A stretch of DNA of 52,997 nucleotides, the filler included, from Sphacelaria rigidula (Eukaryota): the NCBI GenBank assembly GCA_964200075.2. It is 4 parts of 4 records of this genome, joined end to end, with 100 filler letters (N's around TTAATTAATTAA, not from the genome) between each part and the next. Parts side by side here need not be neighbours in the genome. Positions count along the whole stretch, not along the records: positions 13,276 to 26,450 come from CAXNAA020003093.1; 3 more parts are not named here. The stretch is one strand, 5' to 3'. Numbering within the stretch: the stretch's first letter is position 1; each line of letters starts with the position of its first letter. Shown one piece after another: positions 13,176-26,550 of this stretch. A program made the position numbers and the translations under genes. Below the pieces are notes generated by a model. That model did not search any database, had not been told where the DNA came from, and worked only from the letters and a program-made list of their open reading frames with translations.

Positions 13176-13275
13176 NNNNNNNNNNNNNNNNNNNNNNNNN
13201 NNNNNNNNNNNNNNNNNNNTTAATTAATTAANNNNNNNNNNNNNNNNNNNNNNNNNNNNNNNNNNNNNNNNNNNN
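13176..13275. other. Artificial contig linker
   Basis: 44 N + TTAATTAATTAA (stops in all six frames) + 44 N. Confidence 0.97.
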
Positions 13276-13307
13276 GTGGATTCTCGATCATGGGGTTGAA
13301 AACAAAA

Positions 13308-13658
13308 ACGAGGTTCAACTCAAAAGCCGTGCTTTCCCTGACCTAAATTCATGACAAATGACTTTCATACGAACGACCTCATCCCTCCCGGCCTCCTTAA
13401 GACTATTTCGGGGGAATTCTAGCGTTCCGTTTCCCGAAGGAGATGTGCGAAAGCACACTTTTGCCTCGACTTCGGGGTGAAAAAAAGACGTTTTTTGGCC
13501 CAAAAATCGTGCTTTCGCACATACGCTTTGGGGGAACGGAAGACTAGAAATCCCCGGAAATAGCTTTAGGGAGGTCGCGAGGGATGGGGTCGTCCATATG
13601 AAAGTCATTTGTCATGAATTTATGTCAGGGGAAGCACGGCTTTTGAGTTGAGCCTCGT
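13308..13658. repeat. ~110-bp inverted repeat pair (foldback or MITE-like, family D)
   Basis: acgaggttcaactcaaaagccgtgct...ctatttcggggga (13308-13415) is near-complementary to 13551-13658; related sequence at 38850-38935 and 39530-39724. Confidence 0.75.
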
Positions 13659-15137
13659 ATCTTTTTGAGTTCTGCATTCTCAAAAATGGGGTTGAGCACA
13701 AAAAAGAGGTTCAAGTGGCATAACTAGAATGAAGATTTGGTGCCAAACAGTTATGCCGCCAAGGGAAGAATCTTCGCAAAAAAAAAAGCACTGTAGCAGT
13801 TGAGCAGGTGTGGCTAGGTGCACCGAACGAATGCGGTGTACACGCGTGTCGATGACGAGAAACCACCGGCCGAGGAACGACGGGGAGGAAGCTCCTCGCT
13901 CGTGTCCTTCGCGTGTCTTCGTTCGGCGATTCCCAATCGCTGAGTAGACTGGCATCATGTTACCAGCACGTACCCAATTTTCCATCTGCCGGCAGGGGTT
14001 AGATTGCTGCACAGCCCCCGAAAGAAGATCGAGGTGCCGAGGGGTGTCGCATCTTGACTGATATAATTTTGTCTCGTCTGTGGTGCTGACCAGTGCACAG
14101 ATCGAATTGTCTCTGCCTCTCTTTTTGGACAGGACGCGCCTCTTTGCGCTGCAGAAAACGTAGTCGAAAAGCAGGGCGATGTTCCCGTCACCGCTACTGT
14201 TGTCTCACACACACATGCCAACAAGGACGGTGGTTTGGCAATGAGAAGATCCAATCGTAACTTGGTGAGGGGTGTTATTGTCATGGTTGATTTTACCTGA
14301 CCGTCTCTGCACCTGTGTGTTCACAAGGACAGTTCTACCACACCCCAGTTGGGGGGATTTATGAGAGAGGAAACACTCGTAGAGACCTTTTCGGCATGCG
14401 GAGTGAGGAAAGAAACCTGGTATATGCTACCTTTCGCAGTGGCTTTGCTGCAGCGCTGATGTGGTTCACATGGGGGCTGGCATAATGTAAGCTAGTGAGC
14501 TGCGGGACGTCATTTTCATGGACGGTCAAAGCACGCTCTGAGGAGGGGTGTTGCCTTCATTTTCTCCATTGTCCTTCACGCCGCCGAGGCCACCGCAAAC
14601 GTTTTCCTGAAAAAAGATGTGGTTCCAGCACGATCAAGAGTGTTCCCGTAACATATGAACTATTGGCAGTTATATTTGTGGCCTACGCCATCGAGCTCTG
14701 ACCAAAAGCGTCTTGTCTGAGATGGCTTGGGTTAGACTCAGGGCGTCCAGCAGCAAACAGCTGAGAGAGACGCTCATCATATTCGTATGCCACTGTTTCT
14801 TTACAAGCTTCACACAAGCAAGAGAAGGGGCGTGGCGTATGTCACATGTGCCGAAAAGACACGGCTCTATTAACAACACAAAACTACGACCTGCCGTACA
14901 AGTATTGTGACGTACATGTGTGATGCTTTGATGACTGTGTTGCCGCGATAGGTTCGTTCATTGATGGTTGAACCTTGCGGTTCCACACGGTGCCACGCCC
15001 AGGACAGTAGCAGCTCAGTTTCCTCTCTCATGGCGCATGTTGTTGTTCCCCTCTCCAAGCTCATACAATTCATTGCCACTGACGGTAGGCGGCTGATGTG
15101 CATATGCGAGGGTGCTTGTGTGTGAGAAAGAGCAATG

Positions 15138-15911
15138 AGCAGACAAATTTACAAAATGAGGTCTAGCACGAAAATTAGGGTGAAGCCAACAACAGCGCTT
15201 TTCCCCATACTTACAGTGAAGATGCGCAGTGACTTTTTTTGTCGACCTAGTGCCGCTCGATCGCGTCGATATTTCTTCAGCGCCTTTTACCGACTCTGTG
15301 AGCTTTTGACGGACTCCAAATCCTCACTTTACTCTGTTTTTATTTCTGGGCGGGAGGGGAGGCGGGGGGGAGGGAGGGGGGGGGGAGGGGGTACTCATGA
15401 TCTTGCATGTCATAGCCATCTGACCTTTGACCTCGCACCCCTACTGAGCCGGGAGGAAGCACGCCGGGTGTTCGCCGGGCCAGGCTGGCAATCAAACACC
15501 AAGTGCGAAGCGCCGTGGTGTGCTCGGCGAGTCGCATGAAGGGTGGGCTGCTTCCTGCCAAAATTGTTCCGCCCGAAGCATACTGATTCTCTCGCATTTA
15601 AATGACAGCCTACAATGAGTTGCTTCATTCTCTGGTATCGCCACTTCCGGAAGGAGAGGTGGGGGTTATCGAGGTAAAATGAGGGTTTCGAGTCCGCTAT
15701 AAGCCCACAGAGTCGGTACAAGGCGCTGATAACATATCTACGCGATCGAGGGGCATTAGGCTGACAAAAAAGGCATCGGACATACTCGTAGTCACTGTAA
15801 GTGTGGGGTAATCACTGTTTTGGGCTTGAACCTTACTGTTGTGCTAGACCTCATCAATAGAATCGTTGTCTGTTCTTTGGTGCTAGACCTCATTTTATAA
15901 AATTGTCTGCT
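15138..15911. mobile_element. MITE with ~200-bp TIRs and a 4-bp TSD (AATG), family E; carries a nested family A copy
   Basis: aatg|AGCAGACAA...TTGTCTGCT|aatg; arms 15138-15335 and ~15670-15911 are inverted homologues. Confidence 0.8.
15391..15650 (-). repeat. Long copy (~260 bp) of dispersed repeat family A
   Basis: Reverse complement aligns end to end with 46297-46552 (ggaagtggcgataccag ... gatcatgagtac); G-tract adjoining at 15350-15390. Confidence 0.85.
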
Positions 15912-16150
15912 AATGAGTGAAATTTCAAGTAAAGCCATTTTGATAGCCTCGAACTCGGTGCCAACACGCGACAGAAGGCGCTTTCCAGGACGTGAAGGAA
16001 AGGATGTCAGATTTTTTCAAGCCGCTAGAAAATATGGTAAATAGCAGACAGCTTTCCATTAACCAAACCCTCCGTTCTCACCTTTATGGATCTTTTCCAG
16101 CAACGAAATTGCGACTCCGATACACGAAAGGTAAACGTCGGATCTCTTAA

Positions 16151-16248
16151 CCCTTTGACCGTGAGGGTTGTCCACCGAGATCATGCATACTTGTTTAAGG
16201 TGAAATTGATGCCGATTCAGTGGATAACTTACTCCCGCCCTCTGAGGG
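16151..16248 (+). mobile_element. ~100-bp piggyBac-like MITE, degenerate copy
   Basis: TTAA|CCCT...AGGG|TT; the internal aaattgatgccgattcag is shared with 49794-49895. Confidence 0.65.
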
Positions 16249-17079
16249 TTGCATACTACTTACTCTCAATATATCATTTCCACGGATATTTGAAAAATTG
16301 CAGCATCGTTTTTGTCACGTCCGTGGGAAGCCGAGGAAAGTGCCTTCTGTCAGCTTTTGGCAAACAGTTCGGGGCCATCAAGATATATAGCTCCATTTAA
16401 AATTCCACCCATTGTTCTTTGACGCACACAAACACTTTGACATGTGCAGATCGGCAGGCTGCAGTCCGTCACAATGAATCGTTTAACTTTCAAGAGGTGG
16501 CCTCAGCAAAGCAAAGGCATAATAGAGAGGTTCGAAAATAGGTTTTTCGTCTTTCAGGATCAGGACGGAAGGGAAGAGCCCAGTCACGGCACGAATTCCG
16601 CCCTAAAACAGATTCAGGATCAACATTTCAGGATCGGAACCCCATTTTGAGCACTCCATCCTGAAGTCTGAAGTGCCGCCTCAAAAGTCAAGATGGAACG
16701 AAGAAGGATCACCACCACTCTCACCACCATTATCATAGCCAGTGCACAATCAGTATACTTTCACAAGCAAAAGGGGACATTCATCGCAAACATGAGACCT
16801 TCCGGCCATCGCCACGGTATCAGCATCCGCTTGATTGTGCTGCTTGAATTTTAAATCCTCGGTGCGCACAAGACTTCGTCTTGAGTTCAGTTTTACTCAC
16901 TTTGCCAGCTTTATCAGCTGGAAAAATATGGTGTGGACGATTGTATTCTACCGAGCAGCAGCAGTGCTCCACCTGGCTGCACTGCCGTTCCGGTAGAGGT
17001 CATATCGTCTTACCCCACCGTTGTGGGTGACATGTTGCAAAAGCATTACCATGCGACTTTGTCTGTGCTTTGGAAGTAC

Positions 17080-17420
17080 TGTTGTGTTGTGTGTACCGTA
17101 CCGCTGTATCGTATCGTACTGCGATGTACTACTGTATGTTTTGCATTGTACTACTGTACGGTACTGTGGTGTGGAGTGGTGTAGTGTGGTGTAGTGTGGT
17201 GTAGTGTGGTGTGCTACGCGGTACTCAATACTGATTGATTGTTTGATTGATTGATTATCTCGCGTTAGCTGATTGCAGCAATCCAATACCACCGTGTACT
17301 GAATACTAACGTGTACTGAATACTACAGTGTACTCCGGTGCAGTGTGCTGGAGTGGAGTGCAGGGTGGTGTGGTGTAGCACAGTGTTCGGTACGGTACGG
17401 CAATAACAGCGCACTGTCTT
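17080..17420. repeat. Degenerate pentamer simple repeats (TGTAC, TGTGG, TGTAG); similar tract at 27420-27600
   Basis: Directly visible, e.g. gtagtgtggt x3 at 17181-17210. Confidence 0.8.
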
Positions 17421-18039
17421 TGCGAGAGACTCGCTACTGTACAGCGCTATGCTGACCTTTGCATTCTCGAATCGAATGGTTGATCGCATATCGGTGAGTC
17501 AACCCTCGGCCGATCACTGCAAATAGTGAAGGAACGTCGAACCACATCAAGTCAGCTTCCGTCCTGCAGTGTTCGTCTCCCATCCTACAAGTTTTTGAAA
17601 GCTCCCATCCTTGAATTTTGCGTCCTGATCCTGACAAAAAATTGAAAAATAATCCGACGCTCTCTGAGAACTGGCAGGAACACATAACATTTTTAAGATC
17701 TTGATCTTGGAGTGGGTACTTTACTGTAACCTCAGCAAGGTAAACCGAGTATGGTAGATGAAGTTCAAACCCAGCCCGGTGCGGTCGCGACACCCCAAAG
17801 CATATGTGTCTAGTGTTCAGCAATGCCGCCGGCTCAATTGGTGGCTTACTAAGCTTACTTGCATACGAATTTAGTGGCCATGCCCACCAGTTGACGACGA
17901 AATCGGGACGCCGATTATTTTACCTAAGTGTGGGCCGCGTTTGCCCTAAATGTTTTTCATTATACACGATTTTGTCCCAGTTCGGTCAGGGGAACGAGGG
18001 GCGTCTCGGCTCCATACCAGCCCCAAAATTGTCACCAAA

Positions 18040-18340
18040 AAAATGTCAGACACCGCATGATGGCTGGTTTCAGATTACATGAAGCGCCTTATAAGGGCGG
18101 CGATGTATGGCAAAAACGATCCCGAATGTGGAAGTTCCCAGCTGCTCGGTGTGCTCGGCTTTTGTGAAGTTGATTTACATTTAGATTTTGCATCCTCGAA
18201 CCAGCCACGTGTCTGGGGGGGATTATCGCGGCATCAGTCTACTGTACAAGTTGGTCCTCTAAATGACTATTGTAGTGATACCACCTCGTTCAAACGGCGA
18301 TAGCGCGCCGTATACCACGCGTCATTTGTATTGTGACCCA
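18040..18340 (+). repeat. Dispersed repeat family B, copy 2
   Basis: Homologous to the reverse complement of 9430-9810. Confidence 0.75.
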
Positions 18341-18748
18341 CTTTATGCTAAACTCCTTTCTCAACACCTAGATATCTAGAAAAGATAAATTGAACCAGAA
18401 CTGCTGTGAAAAAAAGGTATTCCGCGACGGACAGTTGCTGGAAATTTTCCCTTCTATGTGGTTGTATCCACATTATCCCGCTCCCGTACCCTTTTATGAG
18501 CCTATGCATATGTTCTTCTCAGGAGAAGATGCTTGTAGGGGTGACATTTGTTTGCCGGCTAGTGGCGGAGATGTACACCATTCTTCACATGCCTTCAATG
18601 TTGGTTGGGTCCCCAAGCCAATAATCTCCGTAGGAGACGTTCGCATGAGCCTGTGAGCCCTGCTTCAGCGTCACCCACCAGTGGCCGGGTCCCCCACCAT
18701 TTTTACGAGTATTTTTGTCCCTACTTGACTTCCTTCGTCGCTTTTGAT

Positions 18749-18820
18749 GGGAGCCGGGACTCGAACCGAGGACGTTCTGTTCACGAAACGTACGGGCTAT
18801 CTCACTGGTGTCGCCAATGT
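18749..18820 (-). repeat. tRNA-derived fragment (SINE head or tRNA pseudogene)
   Basis: Minus strand reads cctcGGTTCGAGTCCcggctccc, a consensus box B; no clean cloverleaf or box A. Confidence 0.4.
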
Positions 18821-19664
18821 GAAATGGGTATTCCTCGACGGACACTTGCATGGATCACTCCCTTTATCTATGCGGTGGTACCCGCAATATTATACTTTAC
18901 CTTTCACTACATCGCTACTTTAGCGACAGTGCTTGCCGAAACAGCAGGTAAACAACGGTACAGGTCGCAGCTTGTGTTGGGTTGGTTTGAGACCATGTTA
19001 TGAACGGGATTTCATTAATTGAGGATGGATTATTCTTGGAGGGTAGGCGGGCTCGCACATATATGACGGCCGAAGAGTGCATCTGCATCCTTTTTCTATT
19101 TTCTGGCATGCTTGCGGAGGTTCGGAGTTTCCGTCATGGTTTGAAAGCGATCCCGATCAAGTTTCTTGTGCACGACGCGGTACCGGAAACGGTTTGTCGT
19201 GATGCTGCAACATCAATATCGTGCGTCTTCTGCCCACAGATGCCGACCCAAAATTCAACCGTGATAGACTGAGCTATCGCTTCCGGGCAATGCCAGAATT
19301 CCCTTCCTTACTCCATATGTACATCGCGACTGCATGAAACAAGGACCAATGATGACAGGGAGAAGAGAGAGAATCCTTGAGGCGTGTGTGGAAGATACGC
19401 TCCACATTGACAGAGAACCAGACTACTGCTCCCCCCCGCAAGGATGAATGATGGCTGATACTGTGGAGGACCTGATGGGAGTGTACGGCACAGATTTAAA
19501 TATCTCCAATCCTACATTAGCACCTTATGTAATGCATGATTCGTTGCTGCGTGGAATAATACTGGGACAGAAGACTTGGAGATTCGAAATTTGAAGTATT
19601 TGCGGGCACAGGCAGGTGATACGCAGTGACTGTGTGTAGCACCACGACGTGATGACAGCCGGAT

Positions 19665-20985
19665 AGTACTTCTCGTCACGAAGCCGTTTTCACCGTGCGC
19701 TGGCTTGGATGACGTGTACGGACTGGGTGAATATATTCGCGGTGTCACTGTGTTCATACGACGCCCATGGGATGAATGTCAAGAGGTACTATTATAACAC
19801 GGACGATGTAACTAAATCCCCCGTGAGGGCGGTATTTCTCGACACTTTCTGCAGCAAGCACCCCACTCGTCCGCCACGAGGCCGCTTGCACCATGCGATG
19901 GTTGGACGATATGCGGGTGTATTCAGGGTACTGCTACGTCATACGATGCTCACCGGATGACCGCCAAGAGGTACTGTAAAAACACGGGTGATGTAACTAG
20001 TTTCCCCGTGGGTGCGGCACTTCTTGACACGTTTTGTAGCAGGCACGTTTCTCGTCCCCCTCGAGGCCGCTTGCAACGTGCGATGGCCGAACGGTGGCTA
20101 GGGCCTATGTGAGTGTATTCCGGGTGTTGGGTGTGTGTGAACTTGAGGCTCATGGGACGATTTCCAGGAGGTACTGTAATAACACGGGGGGTGTAACTAC
20201 ATCCCCCGTAGGTGTGGTCCCTCTTGGTACGTTTTGCGTTACTCTTCCACCATGGAGCCGTTTGCACCGTGCGATGGCTTGGATGATGGCTAGGGACTGT
20301 GTGGGTGTATTTCAGGCGTTGTGTGTGTCCGTACGAGGCTCTTAGGGCACCGCCAGGGGGTACCGTAAAACACGGGTGATGTAACTAAATCCCCCGTGGG
20401 TGCGGTATTCCTTGGTACGTTTTGGAGCAAGCACGTTCTCGCCCGCCACGGAGCCGTTAGCACCGTGCGATGGTTGGACGACGGCCAGGGACTGTGTGGG
20501 TGTTTACCAGATGGTACATTATCCACATAAGTTTCATTAGACGACCGCCAAGAGGTGCTATAAAAACACGAGGGATGTGACTAAATTCTCCGTGAGTGCG
20601 GTATTTTCTGGCGCATTTGTAGCAAGCACGTTCCTCGTCCGCCACGGAACCGCTTGCACCGTGCAATGGCTTAGACGATGGTTAGGGACTTTAAGTGTAT
20701 TTCGGGTGTTGTGTGTGTCCAAAATCATGGGACGGACGCCAAGAGGTACCGTAAAAACACGGGGAATGTGAGTAATTCCCCCGTGGGTGCGGTATTCCTC
20801 GGCAAGTTTTGTAGCAAGTACCTTCATCGCCCGCCGCGGAACCGTTTGCACCGTGAGATGGCTTGGACGATGGCAAGGGATTATGTGAGTGTATTCCGGG
20901 TGTCACTGTGTCCATATGAGGCTCATGCGACGAACGCCAAGAGGTACTGTGAAAACGCGGGAGACGTAACTGCCTTTCCCGTTCG
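19665..20985 (+). repeat. Diverged tandem array, ~7 units of ~190 bp
   Basis: The anchor gaggtac...aacacggg..atgtaact..atcccccgt recurs at about 19783, 19969, 20168, 20357, 20552, 20743 and 20941. Confidence 0.9.
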
Positions 20986-23900
20986 CGGGGGATTCTGCAT
21001 TGCCAACACACACACACATATATATATATATGCATGTGCAGTACAACATCACAGTTCTATACTCTCAGTGGCGCGGGACATGAGCTCGCCACAGACTATC
21101 TGCGTCGGCAAGATAAATTTGTCACGTGTTCGCTACTGTGCGGTAGCCTCGTTCGGGAAAAACGCAACTCTTCACTGCTGGCGAGGGAGCGAGGGTAACA
21201 ACTAACTGCTGCGACAACAGCAGCACAACAGCTTAATGAAGAGAATCGGTGTTGTTTCAAATTTCCCGACAGCGGAAGCCGAGGGCTCACGGTACCATGA
21301 GTAACAGAAACGTATCATTCGAAATATGTTGAGATATCGAGCTGGGTACAGCGGTTTTTCACTTTTCATCTTGTGGGTGCTTACGGGTTCAAAATCCTGC
21401 TCCCCCCCTGTCCCCCCCTCGGGGGAGGGCTTCTATCCAACGTTCCAGTGAAGGAAACCCCCTGGTACAGCGCAGCATAGTCCCGAAGGACAGTGCTCTT
21501 CGACACCACGCTCCTCTCTGGTGGAGGGGTAGATACTCCCTTGCATAGTGACTTCTCAGCTTGACCAGGAGTTGAAACGGGTGCGCATCTCCTTCATTTC
21601 CGCAGAATATACTTGAAGTGGGTGCTCCCTAGTATGGCCGGTTATTCCAAGTCAGTAGATCGTTCAATAAAGCCAGTACAATTTTGGCACACCACTTGGC
21701 AGCCTACCTCGACAGGGGCACGTGCACATGTATAACAATGCGGTACACAAATCGCCATGCGCTTGTCCCCGGAGAGGGACGTGCCTCCTGCAGTGAGTTT
21801 GCTGGGGACGGGCGTACCTGTTCGAAGAGTCTACTGTACGGCCTGTATCATCAACAATGTGAAGTGGAAGGGGATTGCCGTCGTCTGACCACCGGGTCTC
21901 AGATTAAGGACTGGTGTACCCTAGAAAACCAAAAGGCGACGACATCGTGTACATCAACACCTCACTTGACTCAGCTGCGTCGTGCAGACAGTAACAAACG
22001 TTCTTGCTTTTCATGGTACTTGGCTGCTCCTCCGTCTCGGGTTTCATTTCGTTTTTCCGTCTTTTCTGCACAGCCTGTGTCCGAGTTCTTCAGGTGGCAC
22101 AGCGACGACATATTTATTAAGGCCACGGCAGTTATTAAACACTAATTCGTTCGTACGTTTGCTTGCCTTCACGTGTATCCTACACCCACCATATATACAT
22201 ATATATATGTATATATATATATGTATATACTTCGTGTATAACTGCCGCAGGTTCCGCGTATGCAAATACGTAGGTATCCCAAGTGACAACAGTTTCCCTC
22301 GATACTTCATCTTTAATTTGAGTGATGAATGATCGCCGCTGGAGTTTTCTTGGTGCATACCATAGTCGCTTCCAAACGCCACCCCCGAGGCTGCACGTTG
22401 CCGGAGGGCAGCTGATAACAAAAACAACACAGGTCATATACGTACGACATACTGACCGTAATGGCATGAAATAAGAAGGCGAGAGAGTATACCTCTCTTT
22501 GGCGTGGCGTCTACCAAGATGGGTTTTTCCCGGTTCGGCTCCGAAATTCGATCACAATTAAAAACACTTTCCACCACCCCGTCCATTGTTCCCGTAACGA
22601 TGGAGCAGCAATCGTCGGTGGGAAGTCCTGTCACCATAGGTGTTTGTTTGCCCACATACTGCCGTTATCATGTCGTGTATGGCGTGACTGGACCTTTCAC
22701 AACGCAGACCGGCCTTATCGATTATTAGATTGAGATTGAACCAGCCATAAGGTGCCACAAACCCCTATTTATCGTACCCCGATCTCTTCATAAGACCGTC
22801 GTTTCTGCTGATACCGGCCTGTCAAGGAATGATCCGATCGACGTACGTACGAACGCACTGTATGGGTTTTCGAACGATGAAAGATTATCATAAGAAAATA
22901 CTCGTATACAACTTTCAGATCGTCATGGATGCACACGACACAACGAGCAGCCATCAATCTTTAGTATTGGTGTCACAAAAGTCCGAGCTTTGTCATCAAC
23001 ACGCCCATCTAAGCGCCCACGCCTGCAGACCTGAGCACGACACATGATACGAAATTTACTACAACGGTATAGTACAAAACGGTATCGTCGTTCGAGGTGG
23101 TTTTGGACGAAACAAAACTTGGTGCTTGCGCGACAACTTCGGGCTCGAAAGTGTAACTCATTCAAGAAAATCTTATCAAGGAGCTCTGCTCTGCTATAGA
23201 AGTGTTGAACTGTACTATACTGCAGTGCTATGCGGTGTGTACACACACGCAGGTACTACAGCGTAGTAATGCAGTCGGTACACCTCTGCGAGAGACTGGT
23301 TCACCAGTACTACAACATACTACTGTGTGTACAGAACGAACAAGTACTACCAGCGCAGCACGGCGAGAAATGAAGTAACAACCCAACACTAGCTCGCTGC
23401 AATCCCTACAACGCGAAGTGCAGCACTTCACCGACATGGTGTACTACGAACAGTCGGGCGTTGCACTGATCTCAGACTAACACTCAGCTCAACTCACGCA
23501 CGGCATATGTGACCCAAACATTGCGTAGAACGGAGAAGCTACCCATAGCTACGGTGCTTTTCAAAGTTAATTGAACTGTAAAATGCATTTGATTGGGCGA
23601 AATGTCACAAGCGGCGAGTTTTCGAGGATCTCCGCTTGCCTGCCGGTGGCCCACATTGTTGAACTGTACTTTGCAGCGATCCTTGCGGTGGTGGTGCCAT
23701 ATGCTGGTGGCACGGTACGACAGCGCCGGCAGCTCTTGCCGTATCCTGAACACGGCGAGATGTTGTAAGGGGTCAGAGTATTCGAACCGCCCCGGCAACT
23801 ACATCGTCAGCAGTAGCTCTGCGGCTTTGCAAGCCTTGCGTCATGTTCGATAACAAGAACAGAATCATGGTGAGTCTGTGGTGCGCACACACGAAAAAAA

Positions 23901-24779
23901 CGTTCTGAGATACCGAAGTTCATCTCGCCAACCTATACAACTATGTAGAGTGCGCGTATAAAATTTAGGATAGGACAAACTCAAAACACCACCATCACGG
24001 CGCGCGCTGGGGCATCACGTACGATTCCAAGTAATACGTTATTTTGCATACCCCCAGACCCGTGTACTCTGCGTGACGAATCGATCGATGACGTCGTTAC
24101 ACAACGTAAAGTACAACAGTATACATCTGTTCATCCCCCCACCCTCCGCCCTCTAGAGGGAAAAATACAACATTGGGCGCAAAGCGTTTCCAGACGTGCA
24201 GTACTTGTGTGCCTCAATCGATTCATTTGTCCCGCTTGTACGTATAGAGAAGTACGTATGGCCCTCTGCCTCTATTGTTTGATCATTGCAAGTGGCACTA
24301 GTTCAGTGGGTAGCGGCGACTACGCCGTTTGCAAAAACATAGAGATGAGTCAGTTCTGAACTTTTCGTATTTAGGCTGCTTCTTCTGGATATGAAGCAAT
24401 CTCGCCAAAAGGTTTAGTTTGCAATTATTTTCGCCGGAATACGAGGTTTCGCGGATTATGCACCTCGGGACGAGTTGCTGTCCTCTTCGAGAGGGTCCCA
24501 GGGCACTTCTCTTATCGTTCGTACGGGCAGTTTGGCATTTGATCGAACAAACGACTTCTTCTCCAGCAACCCACCAAAGCCGTCTAATAGCTATCTCAAA
24601 ACCACGTGTTGACCTCCGCACGAGGTTGCATCGCGCCGTAAATTGCGCCGATAGTTGCGGTGAGCGTCAGAAACGTTATTCATGGCATGCGTACCCGACG
24701 CTTGCGCAGGTGCGGACGACGCACTTTACACGTCACAGGTAGTGCTGAAGGTGGTTATGGTGACACTTTTGAATCGTCG

Positions 24780-26360
24780 GTAGGACCTCCAACACTTGCG
24801 GCGATACCTCCGAGGTGTGGGTGACTGTGCGTGTGGTGTGGACAATACTGTTGTAAGCGTCTTAGATACCACACAGCTATCGACCACATCGCGAACAACC
24901 GTGGTCTAACTGTAGCTCACAGTGTCGGCCACAGTTACGCCGCAAATTCTTGACGGTAATCGTAACGGTGTCTGCCACAGTTGTTGGAGAGTGCGGCCGA
25001 GAAAAAAAAGTGTTGTTCACACTTTCACGACTGTCGCCGACATCTCCGCCATCGTCGCGAACAACCCCGAAACTCCCAGTCACGAATATTCAGGCATCGG
25101 CAGAGGTCGAGTAGATGTCGGCAACAGTTCCAAAAATGTGGGCAACAGTGTCACAGATGTCGGCGGCCCGCAGGTGCAGGCGCAACTAACTGCTATCCAC
25201 ACCTACGCAACTGTCGCGCAAAAATTCGCAACTATTATCCACGGTGGTGCAGGTGTCGGCGACAGTTACGAAAGTGTGAGCGACGGTGGCGTAGAGGTCA
25301 GCAACAGTTGCCAACGTGTCGGCGACAATTACGAAAAAGTGGTTGATAGTGTCGCAGGTGTCGGCGGCAATCTCTGCATGTGAGCGACAGAGTCATCGAC
25401 ACCTACACCACCGTCATCCGCAGTTGCGGAGTTGTCAGCGACGGTAGCGGAATCGTCGGCGATAGTCGCAAGGTGTAGGGAGCAGTGCCGCACAGCTCGG
25501 CGAATATTCTCAGCTATGAGCCGTACCTTCCGACTGTTGGGATTAATTTTAGGCTTGCTGCAGGTTTAGATTACCTGTGGAAGTGTCTCTGACGCTTGCC
25601 GCAACTGTCAACGTAACCTCCGCAGTCACTCAACTACGACCGACGCAGCCGAAAACTGGCGCCGACACCAGCGGGAACTGACTTCCATACCGCCAAACTG
25701 TTCCTAGCACCTCCGAAGTGCCGACGATAGATGTCTCCGACAGTTGAAAAGGGAAATGTGCTTGCCACAGTTGCCGCAAAGTTCGCCGCGAGTGTCGGCA
25801 ACTACTGCGCGAGGGTGAACGACACAGACGCTTGCGACAACTGTCAGCGCAACGTGCGGGGTAGCTCAACTATGGCCACGCCGGGCGAGAACTGTGGCCG
25901 ACACTAGCGGGAACTGGCACCCTCACGGCGCAAGTCGCTACCGTACCTCAGAACTGTTTCCAGCACTTCTGAGGTGCCGGCGACATAATATCCGCAACAA
26001 AACTTCTGACACAGGCTACCGCGACGTCTGCCGTCAGTATCGGCGACGATCTGCCGGCTTGGGCAGCACATGTGCGAGTGACGCCTACACTTGCCGCAAA
26101 TCTCGGCGCGACGTCCATCGTAGAGCTGTAGCCGACAACGGCCAGGACTGTGGTCGGCACTGGCGGGAGCTGGTGACCACACGGGCAACAACTTGCTACA
26201 AGAATGCCAAATTACCCATGAGAGTTCTGGCAACGGTTGGGGCAAACGATTGTGGCAGAAATTCGGCATGAGGGTCGACGACAGGTGCGATAAGTGTCGC
26301 CCGCACCTGCGTAAGTGTCGCCGGTACTTGACATATCTATCGCCGACAGACATGTTCTAC
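24780..26360. repeat. Degenerate repeat field built on a TGTCGGCGACA-like core with ~21-bp periodicity
   Basis: Core variants at about 25254, 25275, 25296, 25317, 25338 and 25359; a longer ~240-bp direct duplication at about 25590 and 25828. Confidence 0.65.
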
Positions 26361-26450
26361 GATAGCCCCCCCCCCCCAGATCAGTCGTCTGTAACGAAGA
26401 TAAGAAAAATCCGGTAGAGTTCAAATGGAAGTGGGGAGAAGAGGAACTGC

Positions 26451-26550
26451 NNNNNNNNNNNNNNNNNNNNNNNNNNNNNNNNNNNNNNNNNNNNTTAATT
26501 AATTAANNNNNNNNNNNNNNNNNNNNNNNNNNNNNNNNNNNNNNNNNNNN
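26451..26550. other. Artificial contig linker
   Basis: 44 N + TTAATTAATTAA + 44 N. Confidence 0.97.

Noticed and set aside
18749-18820. Functional tRNA gene
   Set aside because: Box B is present but the T-stem is mismatched and no acceptor or D arm can be folded; kept only as a tRNA-derived fragment.
19665-20985. Possible CRISPR-like array
   Set aside because: Whole units are homologous with no unique spacers; no cas genes; eukaryotic context.
23677-23869. Exon-like segment (ttgcag| ... |gtgagt)
   Set aside because: All three frames contain stops and no protein family is recognised.
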